Shown here in pieces: positions 38,002 to 47,937 of a DNA stretch of 64,000 bases. Below the pieces are notes generated by a model. That model had not been told where the DNA came from, did no database searches, and worked only from the letters and a program-made list of their open reading frames with translations. The stretch lies in IMG/VR virus record IMGVR_UViG_3300037140_000126, positions 1 through 64,000 of that record. The stretch is one strand, 5' to 3'. Numbering within the stretch: the first letter of the stretch is position 1; every line of letters begins with the position of its first letter. The translations under genes and the position numbers were made by a program. The DNA is from a virus.

Positions 38002-39362
38002 ACCTCCTCACCTAACTCTTCCTGCCGTGCCGCCGCTTCACTGTCCAGCTCGCGCATTGTCGCTTCACGGTCGTAAAAAATACCACTACCAAAATCACCC
38101 ATGATATTGCAACCAACATGCATCTTGTCGAATTTGTGGGCAGCAACGTACAAGTAGCGGGAGTTCTCGCCCCAATCGCCTTTTCCGATACCGATAGCAA
38201 GTGTCGCTTTACGAATCTTTGAAATATCCTCCGCAGTCGCGGCAGCTGTAATGACTTTCATGTTCTCCGTCTTGCGTCCAGTCTGCGCGGCCGTCCATAC
38301 AATGACTTGCTTCTGTGCAGCGAAGGTCCTCAGTGACCTATAAATATCCGCAAACTCGAACCGGCGCTCTTCTTGCTTCCGTGGCGGCTTGATTTCATCA
38401 TCGTAGTCGATCACAACTACGTCGGCGGTGAATCCACGGTTGCGCTCACGCTCCCAGATTTCTTCGATCCGTAAAACAGAAATTCCGCCTTCTGTCCCGT
38501 CGATAATTTTCAACCTGCTTCGCACAAGCCGCAAGAACCGCTCGAAACGCAACCGTATTTTATCGGACTGCTCGATAAGTGACTTAATCGGCAAGCTTGT
38601 AATTGCACTGTCAAAACGGTTTTCTACTTCGTCGATTGGGTCCTCTAGCGTGAAATGCAGTACATTCAGGCCCTGCAAAATATAGGCAAGCGACGTGTGA
38701 TTCAGGGCAATCGACTTACCACGCTTCAGATACGCAAGCCACAAACCAACATGCCCACGGCCTACAATCCGGATCAGCTCATCCAGCGGGTCAATCATCA
38801 AGTAGGGAAACCTACGCCCACGCGCCATTCGTCGCCGCAGGATACGATCTTCCAAACCCTCGAAATAATCATGCGCTTCATAGCCTAGTCTTCCAAAGTT
38901 CACAATTGCCGCATAGCACTGTTCAAGCCAGCGCTCGTCTGTGAGCTTACCTTGCTCGTGCAATTCAACAAGCGTCTGAATCGACTGTGCTTTCATGCGT
39001 TCTTTCTTGTAGTCGATTACTTTCTCTGCGAGTGCATCTACGGCAACTAAGCGGTGATTCCGCTGTACGTTCTCGACGACTTCCAGCAAACGCTCTTTCT
39101 GATGTGTGCCCGCATTCGTCTTGCGGCAGTAGTCCAGCATCTCGGTGCGCAACATACCACCAACTGGCTCGTGATAGCGCCGCCAGTATTCAAGCGCCTT
39201 GGACGCAATGATCCAGTTCTCCAAGGGCTCGCCCTGTTTGCGTGGTTTAAAATCATCCGCCTCAAGCAAGTGTGCACACTCTCTGAGAAAGTTTCGATCC
39301 CTACACAGAAACGCAACCAGCTTTTCCTGAAACGCGTCGTCCCGCCAGTATGACGAACTCAT
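37998..39362 (-). CDS. dnaB: DnaB-like replicative helicase
   Basis: AYLKRGKS (Walker A variant), HFTLED, VVIDYDD, WTAAQTGR, AEDISKIRKA. Confidence 0.85.
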   Translation of the reverse strand: MSSSYWRDDAFQEKLVAFLCRDRNFLRECAHLLEADDFKPRKQGEPLENWIIASKALEYWRRYHEPVGGMLRTEMLDYCRKTNAGTHQKERLLEVVENVQRNHRLVAVDALAEKVIDYKKERMKAQSIQTLVELHEQGKLTDERWLEQCYAAIVNFGRLGYEAHDYFEGLEDRILRRRMARGRRFPYLMIDPLDELIRIVGRGHVGLWLAYLKRGKSIALNHTSLAYILQGLNVLHFTLEDPIDEVENRFDSAITSLPIKSLIEQSDKIRLRFERFLRLVRSRLKIIDGTEGGISVLRIEEIWERERNRGFTADVVVIDYDDEIKPPRKQEERRFEFADIYRSLRTFAAQKQVIVWTAAQTGRKTENMKVITAAATAEDISKIRKATLAIGIGKGDWGENSRYLYVAAHKFDKMHVGCNIMGDFGSGIFYDREATMRELDSEAAARQEELGEEV

Positions 39363-39643
39363 CCAGATAACCGACTAGTTTCTTTTGCTGAACGCTTCTC
39401 GGCCCGAAACTCTTTTGTCTTCTCCTCACAAAATTGCGCTATGTCCCTCAAACAGTCTTGTTCGTAAATAGTAGACGGTTCGGCAAAGAAGCAATACTTT
39501 CTCCACCGCCCGTACCAACGCACTTCTCCCAATGGATTTCCGGCATCTGCTACTGGCCGGACCTCCCACTGCAAGGTCTTTCTTGGCGGCAGAACAGAAT
39601 TTACCCGTAGCACAAACTCAATCCAAATCCATTTTGCCATCAC
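39359..39643 (-). CDS. hypothetical phage protein
   Basis: WEV...LGEVRWYGRWRKYCFF...CLRDIAQFC. Confidence 0.6.
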   Translation of the reverse strand: MMAKWIWIEFVLRVNSVLPPRKTLQWEVRPVADAGNPLGEVRWYGRWRKYCFFAEPSTIYEQDCLRDIAQFCEEKTKEFRAEKRSAKETSRLSG

Positions 39644-40071
39644 TGCACCTTACGACCTTCCGCGACACGTTCTAAATCTTCCTGGCCCGCAACGAGTGTT
39701 TCCAGCAGTAATGCAATTTGCGCGAACGTCAAATCGGTTGGGTAAGCAATCGCTGTCGGCTGCTCATACAGTTGCTTTTTATTATTCGCAAGCCATTGCT
39801 CGCATGCGGTCCGCAGCATCTTGCCTGTATCATAGGCAGCACTCTGAGGTCCCACAAATGGTGAATTTGGAGACATAACCTCCATACGAGTATCACGCTC
39901 AGCAAGTATATTAAACATATACTTTGCCAAGTAACCATGGTACAGCAGCAACGTCAGCACAAACACACGGCCGCCGAGCGTCAACAAGACGGCTCCGTTT
40001 GGCAACTGTTCAATCAGCGGCCCATGCTTGCAGAGAAAAACATATGCTTTGCTGTCACCTACGATTGGCAC
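39640..40071 (-). CDS. hypothetical protein
   Basis: 143-aa in-operon ORF. Confidence 0.55.
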   Translation of the reverse strand: MPIVGDSKAYVFLCKHGPLIEQLPNGAVLLTLGGRVFVLTLLLYHGYLAKYMFNILAERDTRMEVMSPNSPFVGPQSAAYDTGKMLRTACEQWLANNKKQLYEQPTAIAYPTDLTFAQIALLLETLVAGQEDLERVAEGRKVQ

Positions 40072-40273
40072 GTTTTGTTTTTACCTCATGATCGGTAAAT
40101 GCGGCATCGAATACTTCAATCTTCACATCGGACGGAAACGGCGCTTCATATTTCAATATGCCAACAATGTCATTCTTTTTTAGGAAGCCTTTTTCCCCGC
40201 TACCGTCGTCTATGATGGACACCAGCATTGACCACCGACGCTCCTTTTTCACAGCCATGGATTTCCTCGCCAT
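40055..40273 (-). CDS. hypothetical protein
   Basis: GGAGG upstream of ATG 40273. Confidence 0.5.
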   Translation of the reverse strand: MARKSMAVKKERRWSMLVSIIDDGSGEKGFLKKNDIVGILKYEAPFPSDVKIEVFDAAFTDHEVKTKRANRR

Positions 40274-40809
40274 TTGCGCCTCCTGCGCGACTCGCTCGCT
40301 TCTGCATTCGAAAGCTTCGTTTGTCTGCGTTCGATCCTTGACGCATACATGATACAGGATTCGTCTGGAGTCTTTTCATTGATGAGACTTCTTGCACGTC
40401 CCCGCAGCCCATCGAGCCCAAGCAAATGCAATCGTGCACGCTGCCTAAATTCAGAAACATTCTGGCCGTCCGGAAAGTCCCGCAAGATTGCCTGTTCGAG
40501 AATAACTTCTGATTTCGGCGATGTAAGCGAAGCGACTGTCACGCCGAGCAAACCTTTTTTCTTTTTCTTTCGCATGAACGGGCGGGAGCGCCAGAAGGCA
40601 AGCACTGTGCGGATCGTGTAGTCAAGCGTAACGTGGTGACGCTCGGCCCAAACTTGCAGAATGTCCAGCCGAATCCTATCGGTCGGTTTCAAGCGCAGCA
40701 CAAAGTCTGTTTTTATTTCTTCCCGCAGAACGCGCACAACAACCTTATAGACCTGCCGAGAAGTCTTGCGCATCTCCCGTAACTCTTGCTTTGCAAAAAG
40801 ATCATCCAT
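40249..40809 (-). CDS. hypothetical basic protein adjacent to putative origin
   Basis: 186 aa, very Arg/Lys-rich, GAGG upstream. Confidence 0.6.
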   Translation of the reverse strand: MDDLFAKQELREMRKTSRQVYKVVVRVLREEIKTDFVLRLKPTDRIRLDILQVWAERHHVTLDYTIRTVLAFWRSRPFMRKKKKKGLLGVTVASLTSPKSEVILEQAILRDFPDGQNVSEFRQRARLHLLGLDGLRGRARSLINEKTPDESCIMYASRIERRQTKLSNAEASESRRRRKWRGNPWL

Positions 40810-41190
40810 CTCTCACACCTCACCTTTTCGAATTCGCTATATCTAACACCCTTATTAAGTAATCCATATTCCCCTACGCCTTTACGCTAACCGCTATATC
40901 TTACCCCCTTACACTATAGGCCTTTGACCTTAAGGGGTATAGGTCTTTGGCGTTAGCCGCATTACGTTACATCCCTTATGCCGGTAGGCATAAGGGATAA
41001 GTAATGCAGTACAACTACCCCTTACTATATTAAATACTAGTAGCGCTATAGTGCTATACGAAACTTGCTAGGTACTTTGATAGTCGTATCAAATCCCCGT
41101 ATTAAAACGCACATTCCGACTAAGAAATGAGAACATTTAATACCGATCTATACGGATTAGCGTATTAAATGAGCTGCTCAATTTATGTGC
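40810..41190. other. putative replication origin or structured non-coding region
   Basis: Largest non-coding gap in the window, AT-rich, with a 12-bp perfect stem (40971-40998), a TACCCCTTA inverted repeat and repeated GTATTAAA. Confidence 0.5.
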
Positions 41191-41195
41191 AATTT

Positions 41196-42689
41196 TCATG
41201 GTTTCATCGAAAAACTCAATGATAGTTGCTTTATTTTTGGCTGTTTTTCACCAATAATTCTGCGTAGAAACCAATCTCCCTGCTTAAAAAGCTCTTTCGC
41301 ACCTCGATCAGAAGAGAACTTTTTGACAGGAATCCCCCTTTTCATCAGGGCCGAGCGACGGCTTTTCGATGCTTTTTCAAAGCGTCCACCTACATCCGAG
41401 ATGTCGAAGTGCAGCAAACCAAGTTTACCTTCGGAAAGCCTGATTCCACGACCAAATATCTGCACCGCCCTGTTCTTACTCTTCATTGCTCCGGCATCTA
41501 TGACTACATCTAGCTTTTTGATGTCTACACCTTTCTGAAAAACCTTGTTTGCGAGCAACAACTTGATCGTTCCTGCCTCAAACTTACGCTTCGCTAGAAG
41601 CCTGTCTTCGGCCTTTACATCCCCACAAACCACACGATGAGGAATGTCTTTCAGCATCTCAGAGAGCAACTGTAAATGCTTGATTCGTTCTACTAGAACA
41701 ATCGGAAATTTCCCCTGGTAAACAGCTTCCCTTACGAGGTCACAAATGAGTTCATTCCTAGAAGCATTGTAGACGATGTGATCGGAGTATTCCTGGGCAT
41801 ACTGTTTATTGGTGTAGACCTCAGTATCATAATCGTTTTCGGTCAGAACCTGAACCACAACACCCTGAGAAAGATGTCCTTCTTCTTGGCCTTGTGTCAA
41901 AGGATATTCATAGCAAACAGGACCAGCTAAAGCGTACGCTCTTACCCGAATATGTTGTTTTTGTAGTTCTAAGGTAGCCGTCAGCCCAAACACAACAGGT
42001 GGTGCAATTGCTTCTACAATAGCTACGTTCCTGCGGTTCAGGCAGACATGAATTTCATCTATAATATTCACCTGAAGTGATCGAACCCAATCTTCAAACT
42101 TCGGATCGTCCTGATGCAAATGTAAGGTCTGAGAAGTGGCCACAGTAATTCTTTTCGGTAGGAACTTGCTGTCTCCTACTTCACCGACTTCTTCATTCAG
42201 CACATCGGAGAGTTCCTTCTGAGCCTGCTTCAGGAGAGTTAGTTCGTCAACGATGAAACAACCGTTCCCCTTCAGGCGGCTGAAAAATTGGCCGGAAAGA
42301 TAGGTTTTGCCACTTCCGGTTGCTGAAAGTACGAGCCCTCCACCACAATTGTTTCCAGCTTCTATCATGCTTTCCACGCACTCATTCTGGTAGGCTCTAT
42401 CAGAGACAACGCCGTTAGGTTTGAACTGGACCTGAACCATATGGTTCTTAATGTCGAATTTCACGTTCAGGTCCCGCTCGATGTCTGCTTTCATGGCTAG
42501 AAACAACCCTGTAGGTACACGGTTTCTTTTCAACAGGGAAATCCAGCCATCCCAGTGGCCTGCTCGAAAGGCGGGCATGAACTGATAACCATTGGGGTGG
42601 AAATGGAAATATGGGAGCAAATCGTCGAGCGGGTAGGGTTTTACAAACTCAACGAAGCGGTTCGTCTGGACGATGGAGATTTTCTGCAT
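41196..42689 (-). CDS. superfamily 2 helicase (UvsW/ResIII-like)
   Basis: SATGSGKT, IIDEIH, GLTAT, VFQKGVDIKKLD, QIFGRGIR. Confidence 0.9.
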   Translation of the reverse strand: MQKISIVQTNRFVEFVKPYPLDDLLPYFHFHPNGYQFMPAFRAGHWDGWISLLKRNRVPTGLFLAMKADIERDLNVKFDIKNHMVQVQFKPNGVVSDRAYQNECVESMIEAGNNCGGGLVLSATGSGKTYLSGQFFSRLKGNGCFIVDELTLLKQAQKELSDVLNEEVGEVGDSKFLPKRITVATSQTLHLHQDDPKFEDWVRSLQVNIIDEIHVCLNRRNVAIVEAIAPPVVFGLTATLELQKQHIRVRAYALAGPVCYEYPLTQGQEEGHLSQGVVVQVLTENDYDTEVYTNKQYAQEYSDHIVYNASRNELICDLVREAVYQGKFPIVLVERIKHLQLLSEMLKDIPHRVVCGDVKAEDRLLAKRKFEAGTIKLLLANKVFQKGVDIKKLDVVIDAGAMKSKNRAVQIFGRGIRLSEGKLGLLHFDISDVGGRFEKASKSRRSALMKRGIPVKKFSSDRGAKELFKQGDWFLRRIIGEKQPKIKQLSLSFSMKP

Positions 42690-42713
42690 GATGTAAATAT
42701 AATACAGGAAAAG

Positions 42714-45700
42714 CTAGTAGGAGTAGTCACAAATAACACTCGTCGTGGGGGCGGTCGTGAAGGTAATTACGGACCCAACTAAGGTGTATGCCATCGTACG
42801 CAATCCATTTTTATAAACCACTAGTGTTGAGGGAACAGGTGTATTGGCCAGAGTAAATACTGTATTCGTTCCATTTATCGTTCCACTAGGAACCTCATTC
42901 GTAGACTGATTGTAGAAACTTTGTGTCGCCCCACCACGGATTATCGTGACTGGATCGACCTCTGGATTGTCTACGGTCCAAGCTGTTCCGGGTGTGAAAT
43001 TCAACTCCGGTCCGGTGTCACCATTGGCGTAATTCTGCGCTATCGTCATACCTACAGAAGCAAGAAATGCACAAGCTGTAGTTCCTAGATCAATGATTCC
43101 GGAACCGGTATTGTTTAGTATCTGCCATCGTGAGATAAGTCCATGGTCCAGCCCTTCGAAGCCAACACCATCCATATAATTATTCAAAATCTGATTGTCC
43201 CAAGTTCGGTATCCCAACATAGTTTGGACGTTGCCATAGCCACCATTAATAAAGAAAGTTGGCGGTACGGCGGGATAGCTCGTATATGCGGGACCGACAT
43301 CTACCCACATGATTTGGGTGTTCATGTTCACAGTTATAACGTCGTCATCGGCGGCGACAAAGGAGGCAGCGAATTGAATGAAATCGCTAAGATACTGGCC
43401 GTTCAAACCTGGGAACCAATCGACGCCTTGTGTTAGGGCAGCGCCGTTTCTAAATGCGGTGACACTAGAGGACCCAGAGGCAAAGTTTTGATTGGCAAAG
43501 TTATTATCCCAATTTGGATCGCTCGCAGGCAATGAGAAGTAATCCCCTGAAGCACCACCGTTGCTCCTCTGACACCAAAACCCTACAAGAGTATTTGTTA
43601 CCGGCACGACTGCATCTAAAACATACGGCCACGGACCGGCCCCATAAGCGCCAAAACTGAAATCTGCGGACAGTGTGCCATCTGGGCTGCTCCAGTCTGG
43701 CTCTGTAGGCCCAGTCACACCTGTGTAATATGGATAATTCAGACCACCCAGTTGCACGCCTGGTGTCAATGACTGGCCTTTTGCCAAAGCTACCCAAATG
43801 TCATTTCCGGCCTGGTAGTTCGTAGGAGTTACGGTCCTACGGTTCACCGACGCCGGTATCCACATATTTGGGTCCCAAATCTGTCCTCTGTTATTCGAGT
43901 AAAGATTCCCATAGCGCTTTCCGCTGGAATTCAACTCACCCTGAAATGTCCAGTGATAAAGCATAGATATATCTGTTGCGTAGTGGAGCCCATAGGGAGG
44001 CATGCCTCCCTGACTAGCTTGGTTGTTGTTGATATTGATATTCGAGCATGCAAACTCGCCGATTGCGGAGTTGACATCCAAAAACTGGTTTTCTGCTACC
44101 GTCGCGTTTCGTAGAACATCGAGCGCTATACCAAAAAACTTGTAGTCCGCTTCCATTGCACTTTGCGTTGGATTTGATCCAGCAGTCTGCGCAGACATTG
44201 CGGTAAATGAAAAAACACCCGCCCACGATGCAGTATACCCTGTGCCAGTCCAGACCGGGGTGTATGTATTAGGTGAAGCTAAGTTTCCGTATGAACCCCC
44301 CTTGTATCCTGGGGTATTAAGATTATTAAATACTGGTGCCCCCACGCCAGAAGGGAACGGTGTATATATATCGAGGTCGTCCATCGTTGTAAACGTAACA
44401 ACCGGTTCAGCAACCGACGTGGTTATGGACGCCGTGCCCGTTGAGGTTCCAATGTTAGTGTCGATCTGATCTATGGAAGCACAATTGCGTGCAAATACGA
44501 ATTCGAAGATGCCACCACCCGCGTAACCTGTACCTGGACCAGCATAATTCGCTGTTAGAGTAAGTTCATAGCCCTCGGGGATGCCATCAGGCAACACCAA
44601 TGAGTATATCCAAAACCGATCCTGTTCGTGAGTAGGACCAAAAGGGAAAAAATTGACAGGTCCTCCTACAAGTTCTGCGGTGTGGCCCTGGTTATCGACC
44701 AGGGATACGGGCGCTTGTGGGACCCCGGGATGGCCGGAGCCTCCAATCCAATGGCTTGCACAAAGAAACATCAGTACATAAGGATGTGGGTCGGCGGTAA
44801 AGCCGCCGTAGGTAGAAAATGATCCGGTGCTCCAACCACCACCTGTAAAATAAGGAAGGAAATCGGCCACAGATATTTCTGGTTGAAGGGCTACAAAGAA
44901 TGGAGGTGTGCAATCTACGCCGTTCTGGGCAAACACGGACCCGCCGTAAGAGTGCTGTACCCGTGTGTTCAAGATAGAAATATTCTGACTATGCCCCCAG
45001 TAGATGCCTTGCGCGGAGTTGAAATTCTGCACGGTAATCGCGTCGATTTGCGATTGGTCACATTTGAGAAACCGGATGGCTCCGCCGCGCATTTCGTTAT
45101 CCCAACCCCCACTTTGGGCTATCGTAGAGTTAAGCCCTGCACCACAATCGAAAAAACCTTGTCCTGTCACGCGGATATTTGTATTGCGGGGACCTAATTC
45201 CCAAGATGCGATGGCTTGTACAAGTGAAGGCTGTGGCGACAACACTCCACCAGATGGTCCATAGGAACCGCCTGCAAATGCATTTGCATTTTCGAGAATC
45301 CATGCGGTGCTGACATTAAAACCACTAGAACTTCCCATAGAACAGTTTAGACTTGCCTTCTCTCTCAACACGGAGAGGTCGTAACCTAATATTAGGCCAC
45401 CGTCTACTTGCAGTGTAACCCCATCATTGATGGATAATGCGTACATTCCTATTTGATTGTCCGCTGGAAGGAACACAGGATTTTCAAAGGTTCTCGGATA
45501 AACCTTACAGATAACGCCCGAGGGGATGCAAACAATTGTGGGCCCGAATGTGCCACCAGCACCTGAAATTGCTGTATTGATTAAATTTCCAGTGATTCCT
45601 AGTGTCGCGTTTGTATTTACCAAACCAGCGGCTACTTGGGCAAGGTAGTTTTGATAGGCTTGATTTAGTGCAGCCTGAACCGCCGCTGTGTCATCGGCAA

Positions 45701-46382
45701 TGCCATTGCCAAGTGCCCCGAATGAGCGCACATCTATGCATTCGGGCAGTAACCCCCCAGACGCCCCAGTTGTAGGGGGTACGGGTGGCAGACCAACATC
45801 CAAGAACAACGGGTCCGAGTATTCATCCAGCAGGTTAAAGAATCTTGCAGCAAGCGTCTTGTGTAGTAGCTTGTCCGTGTTCTGATACGTGTACAGAAGT
45901 CCCGGATCGTTTGGAGAAAATGGCAAGTCGAGGTTCGCGTACTGATAGATCGGTGTCGCCAGCAAAACAGGCGACCCGGTAGCCGATACGTCTATCGGTA
46001 TGATGGTTAGCAATTGTTCAGGGCCTTGCACTGTTACGTTGCCGGGAATCCCACAAGGAAAACCGGGCACACTTGGCACAGGTGCCAAACTTGTGAAAAG
46101 CGTGCCGTCAGCGTAAATTTTTAAGTTCCAAAAATAACCTCCCGAAGATTCGAGTGTAATAAAGTTAGGCTGTGTTGGGTTAAACGTTTCCGGCGTAACG
46201 TCCGGTGCACCCAGTAAAGTAATTCCAAGCAACCACGTAGTTGTACCGGTATCCACATCATCTAGATAAAGTAGGGCTGGCGACTGCGGAGCCACGGGCA
46301 CAGGGTCAAGCGTTCCGTCATCGAACACACCAAGCTGCCATGTGTTGCTGCCCGAGTCATTCAGATAAATATAAGTTGGCAT
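42714..46382 (-). CDS. tailspike / tail fibre with pectate_lyase_3-type beta-helix
   Basis: DVRSFGALGNGIADDTAAVQAAL, beta-helix rungs, C-terminal NEVPSGTINGTNTVFTLANTP domain, N-terminal triple-repeat module. No signal peptide. Confidence 0.8.
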   Translation of the reverse strand: MPTYIYLNDSGSNTWQLGVFDDGTLDPVPVAPQSPALLYLDDVDTGTTTWLLGITLLGAPDVTPETFNPTQPNFITLESSGGYFWNLKIYADGTLFTSLAPVPSVPGFPCGIPGNVTVQGPEQLLTIIPIDVSATGSPVLLATPIYQYANLDLPFSPNDPGLLYTYQNTDKLLHKTLAARFFNLLDEYSDPLFLDVGLPPVPPTTGASGGLLPECIDVRSFGALGNGIADDTAAVQAALNQAYQNYLAQVAAGLVNTNATLGITGNLINTAISGAGGTFGPTIVCIPSGVICKVYPRTFENPVFLPADNQIGMYALSINDGVTLQVDGGLILGYDLSVLREKASLNCSMGSSSGFNVSTAWILENANAFAGGSYGPSGGVLSPQPSLVQAIASWELGPRNTNIRVTGQGFFDCGAGLNSTIAQSGGWDNEMRGGAIRFLKCDQSQIDAITVQNFNSAQGIYWGHSQNISILNTRVQHSYGGSVFAQNGVDCTPPFFVALQPEISVADFLPYFTGGGWSTGSFSTYGGFTADPHPYVLMFLCASHWIGGSGHPGVPQAPVSLVDNQGHTAELVGGPVNFFPFGPTHEQDRFWIYSLVLPDGIPEGYELTLTANYAGPGTGYAGGGIFEFVFARNCASIDQIDTNIGTSTGTASITTSVAEPVVTFTTMDDLDIYTPFPSGVGAPVFNNLNTPGYKGGSYGNLASPNTYTPVWTGTGYTASWAGVFSFTAMSAQTAGSNPTQSAMEADYKFFGIALDVLRNATVAENQFLDVNSAIGEFACSNININNNQASQGGMPPYGLHYATDISMLYHWTFQGELNSSGKRYGNLYSNNRGQIWDPNMWIPASVNRRTVTPTNYQAGNDIWVALAKGQSLTPGVQLGGLNYPYYTGVTGPTEPDWSSPDGTLSADFSFGAYGAGPWPYVLDAVVPVTNTLVGFWCQRSNGGASGDYFSLPASDPNWDNNFANQNFASGSSSVTAFRNGAALTQGVDWFPGLNGQYLSDFIQFAASFVAADDDVITVNMNTQIMWVDVGPAYTSYPAVPPTFFINGGYGNVQTMLGYRTWDNQILNNYMDGVGFEGLDHGLISRWQILNNTGSGIIDLGTTACAFLASVGMTIAQNYANGDTGPELNFTPGTAWTVDNPEVDPVTIIRGGATQSFYNQSTNEVPSGTINGTNTVFTLANTPVPSTLVVYKNGLRTMAYTLVGSVITFTTAPTTSVICDYSY

Positions 46383-46386
46383 CGTC

Positions 46387-47274
46387 CTATGGGATCACCG
46401 CACATGCCTCCGTCGAATAGCCACCCTCAGATGCGCTTGATACCGATGTCACGACATAACAATAAGTCTGTCCATTGCTCACTGCATTGTCTGTATACGC
46501 GAGGCCAGCAATAATAGGAGTGTTGAGTAAAGTGTAAGGTCCTCCGGATTGCGTACCTCGATATACGTTGTATCCCAAAACACCTGTGGAGCTAGACGCA
46601 ACCCACGTAAGCACAACTGAATGCACTACAGGGGCCGTTGTACCGGTGCCTACAAGTGAAACAAGCTGCGGACTGCCCGAAGCATTGTCGGCGATACTTA
46701 ACGTACCTGAGTAACTGGTCACTGCAACTGGAGTAAATGTAATTGTAATGTTACAGGTAGCGCCTGCATCGAGTGTCGAGCCACAAGTGCTCGACTTGGC
46801 AAAAGTCGCAGAACCGGTAAGCGTAATACTACTAAACGTCAATTGGGCATTGCCGGAATTAGCCACAACGATAGCCAGATTTCCACTCGTAGTGGTTTGC
46901 ACACTACCGAAGTTCAAAGGGTTCCGAATCGACCTAGAAGGTGTAGTCGTAACCACGGGTGCAGTGCTCCCGGATGGCCCGCAGTAAGTCCACGTTCCAG
47001 CCGTGCTTCCTATACAGACATAGAAACCAGCCACTCCGCCCGATCCGGGGAGTACAAGGTTGTAATTGCTAACCACCGGCGGCGCGGTCAAGATTGTAGA
47101 AGAGTTGCTATTCGTATCCAACAAAGCGATTCCTTGGTTAAATGTCTGCACCTGCTGAAAGTAGTTCGTCAGTTCAAGCCCGGCAGTTTCTCTCGCTTGT
47201 GAAACCGTATCACGTGCAACGATCAGCACCAGCATGGCTAAAAATAAAAGGAAACTTAGTATCTTATTTCTCAT
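46387..47274 (-). CDS. signal-peptide protein with ASH (choice-of-anchor D) and FN3 domains
   Basis: LNFGSVQ...VVANSGNAQLTFSSI...C.ITITFTP...LSIADNASGSPQLVSLVGTG, then LTWVAS...YNVYRG...YTD...YVVTSV. Confidence 0.8.
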   Translation of the reverse strand: MRNKILSFLLFLAMLVLIVARDTVSQARETAGLELTNYFQQVQTFNQGIALLDTNSNSSTILTAPPVVSNYNLVLPGSGGVAGFYVCIGSTAGTWTYCGPSGSTAPVVTTTPSRSIRNPLNFGSVQTTTSGNLAIVVANSGNAQLTFSSITLTGSATFAKSSTCGSTLDAGATCNITITFTPVAVTSYSGTLSIADNASGSPQLVSLVGTGTTAPVVHSVVLTWVASSSTGVLGYNVYRGTQSGGPYTLLNTPIIAGLAYTDNAVSNGQTYCYVVTSVSSASEGGYSTEACAVIP

Positions 47275-47933
47275 ATTCCTGTTCCCGACAGCGATACGGT
47301 TTGGGGGCTTCCTGTCACATTATCCGCAATGCTAAGCGTGGCACTGCGGCTGCCTGTACTCCCCGGAGTGAAAGTCACCCATAAGCTGCAAGTTGCACCA
47401 CCATCCAAGGAACCGGAATTTACGCAGGTGCTTGCTGGCGTAGTGGCCACCGTAAAGTCAGCACTGTTGGTTCCGCTGAATGTAAACGCCGTACCTGAAA
47501 ACGTAAATTGTGCATTGCCGGTATTTGTGATAAGAAAACCACCTGTTTTGGCAGAACCAACATAAGTATTAAAACCATAATCCATACTGGCAGGTGTGAT
47601 GCTTGCCAGTGGTGCGCCACTACCACTCGCTGGACAATGTGCAAGGGGCATAAGTGTGCCCAGCACAGAACCTACACAGATATAATATCCAGTCTGCCCT
47701 GCACTGCTTGGCAGCACGAGAGTATAATTGTTTATATTTGTCGGTGCTGTTAGCGTGATGACACCACTAGACGATCCAGCAAGAGCTAACCCCTGCTGAA
47801 AGGTTTGTGATGGCACAAATCCGTTAGCAGCATCGAGATAAGCGACGGTTACAGTACGCTGTTGTGAATGTGAAACGCACACGAGCAAGAGCATGCACAA
47901 AAGAACCGCTATTCCTAACCTAAGTATCCACAT
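47271..47933 (-). CDS. signal-peptide protein with ASH domain
   Basis: ITNTGNAQF...CSLWVTFTP...ATLSIADNVTGSPQTVSLSGTG. Confidence 0.8.
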   Translation of the reverse strand: MWILRLGIAVLLCMLLLVCVSHSQQRTVTVAYLDAANGFVPSQTFQQGLALAGSSSGVITLTAPTNINNYTLVLPSSAGQTGYYICVGSVLGTLMPLAHCPASGSGAPLASITPASMDYGFNTYVGSAKTGGFLITNTGNAQFTFSGTAFTFSGTNSADFTVATTPASTCVNSGSLDGGATCSLWVTFTPGSTGSRSATLSIADNVTGSPQTVSLSGTGI

Positions 47934-47937
47934 TGTT

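Noticed and set aside
29142-42689. Inteins or introns in Pol, DnaB, primase or helicase
   Set aside because: Lengths are ordinary, and no C...HN splice motifs or LAGLIDADG blocks were seen.
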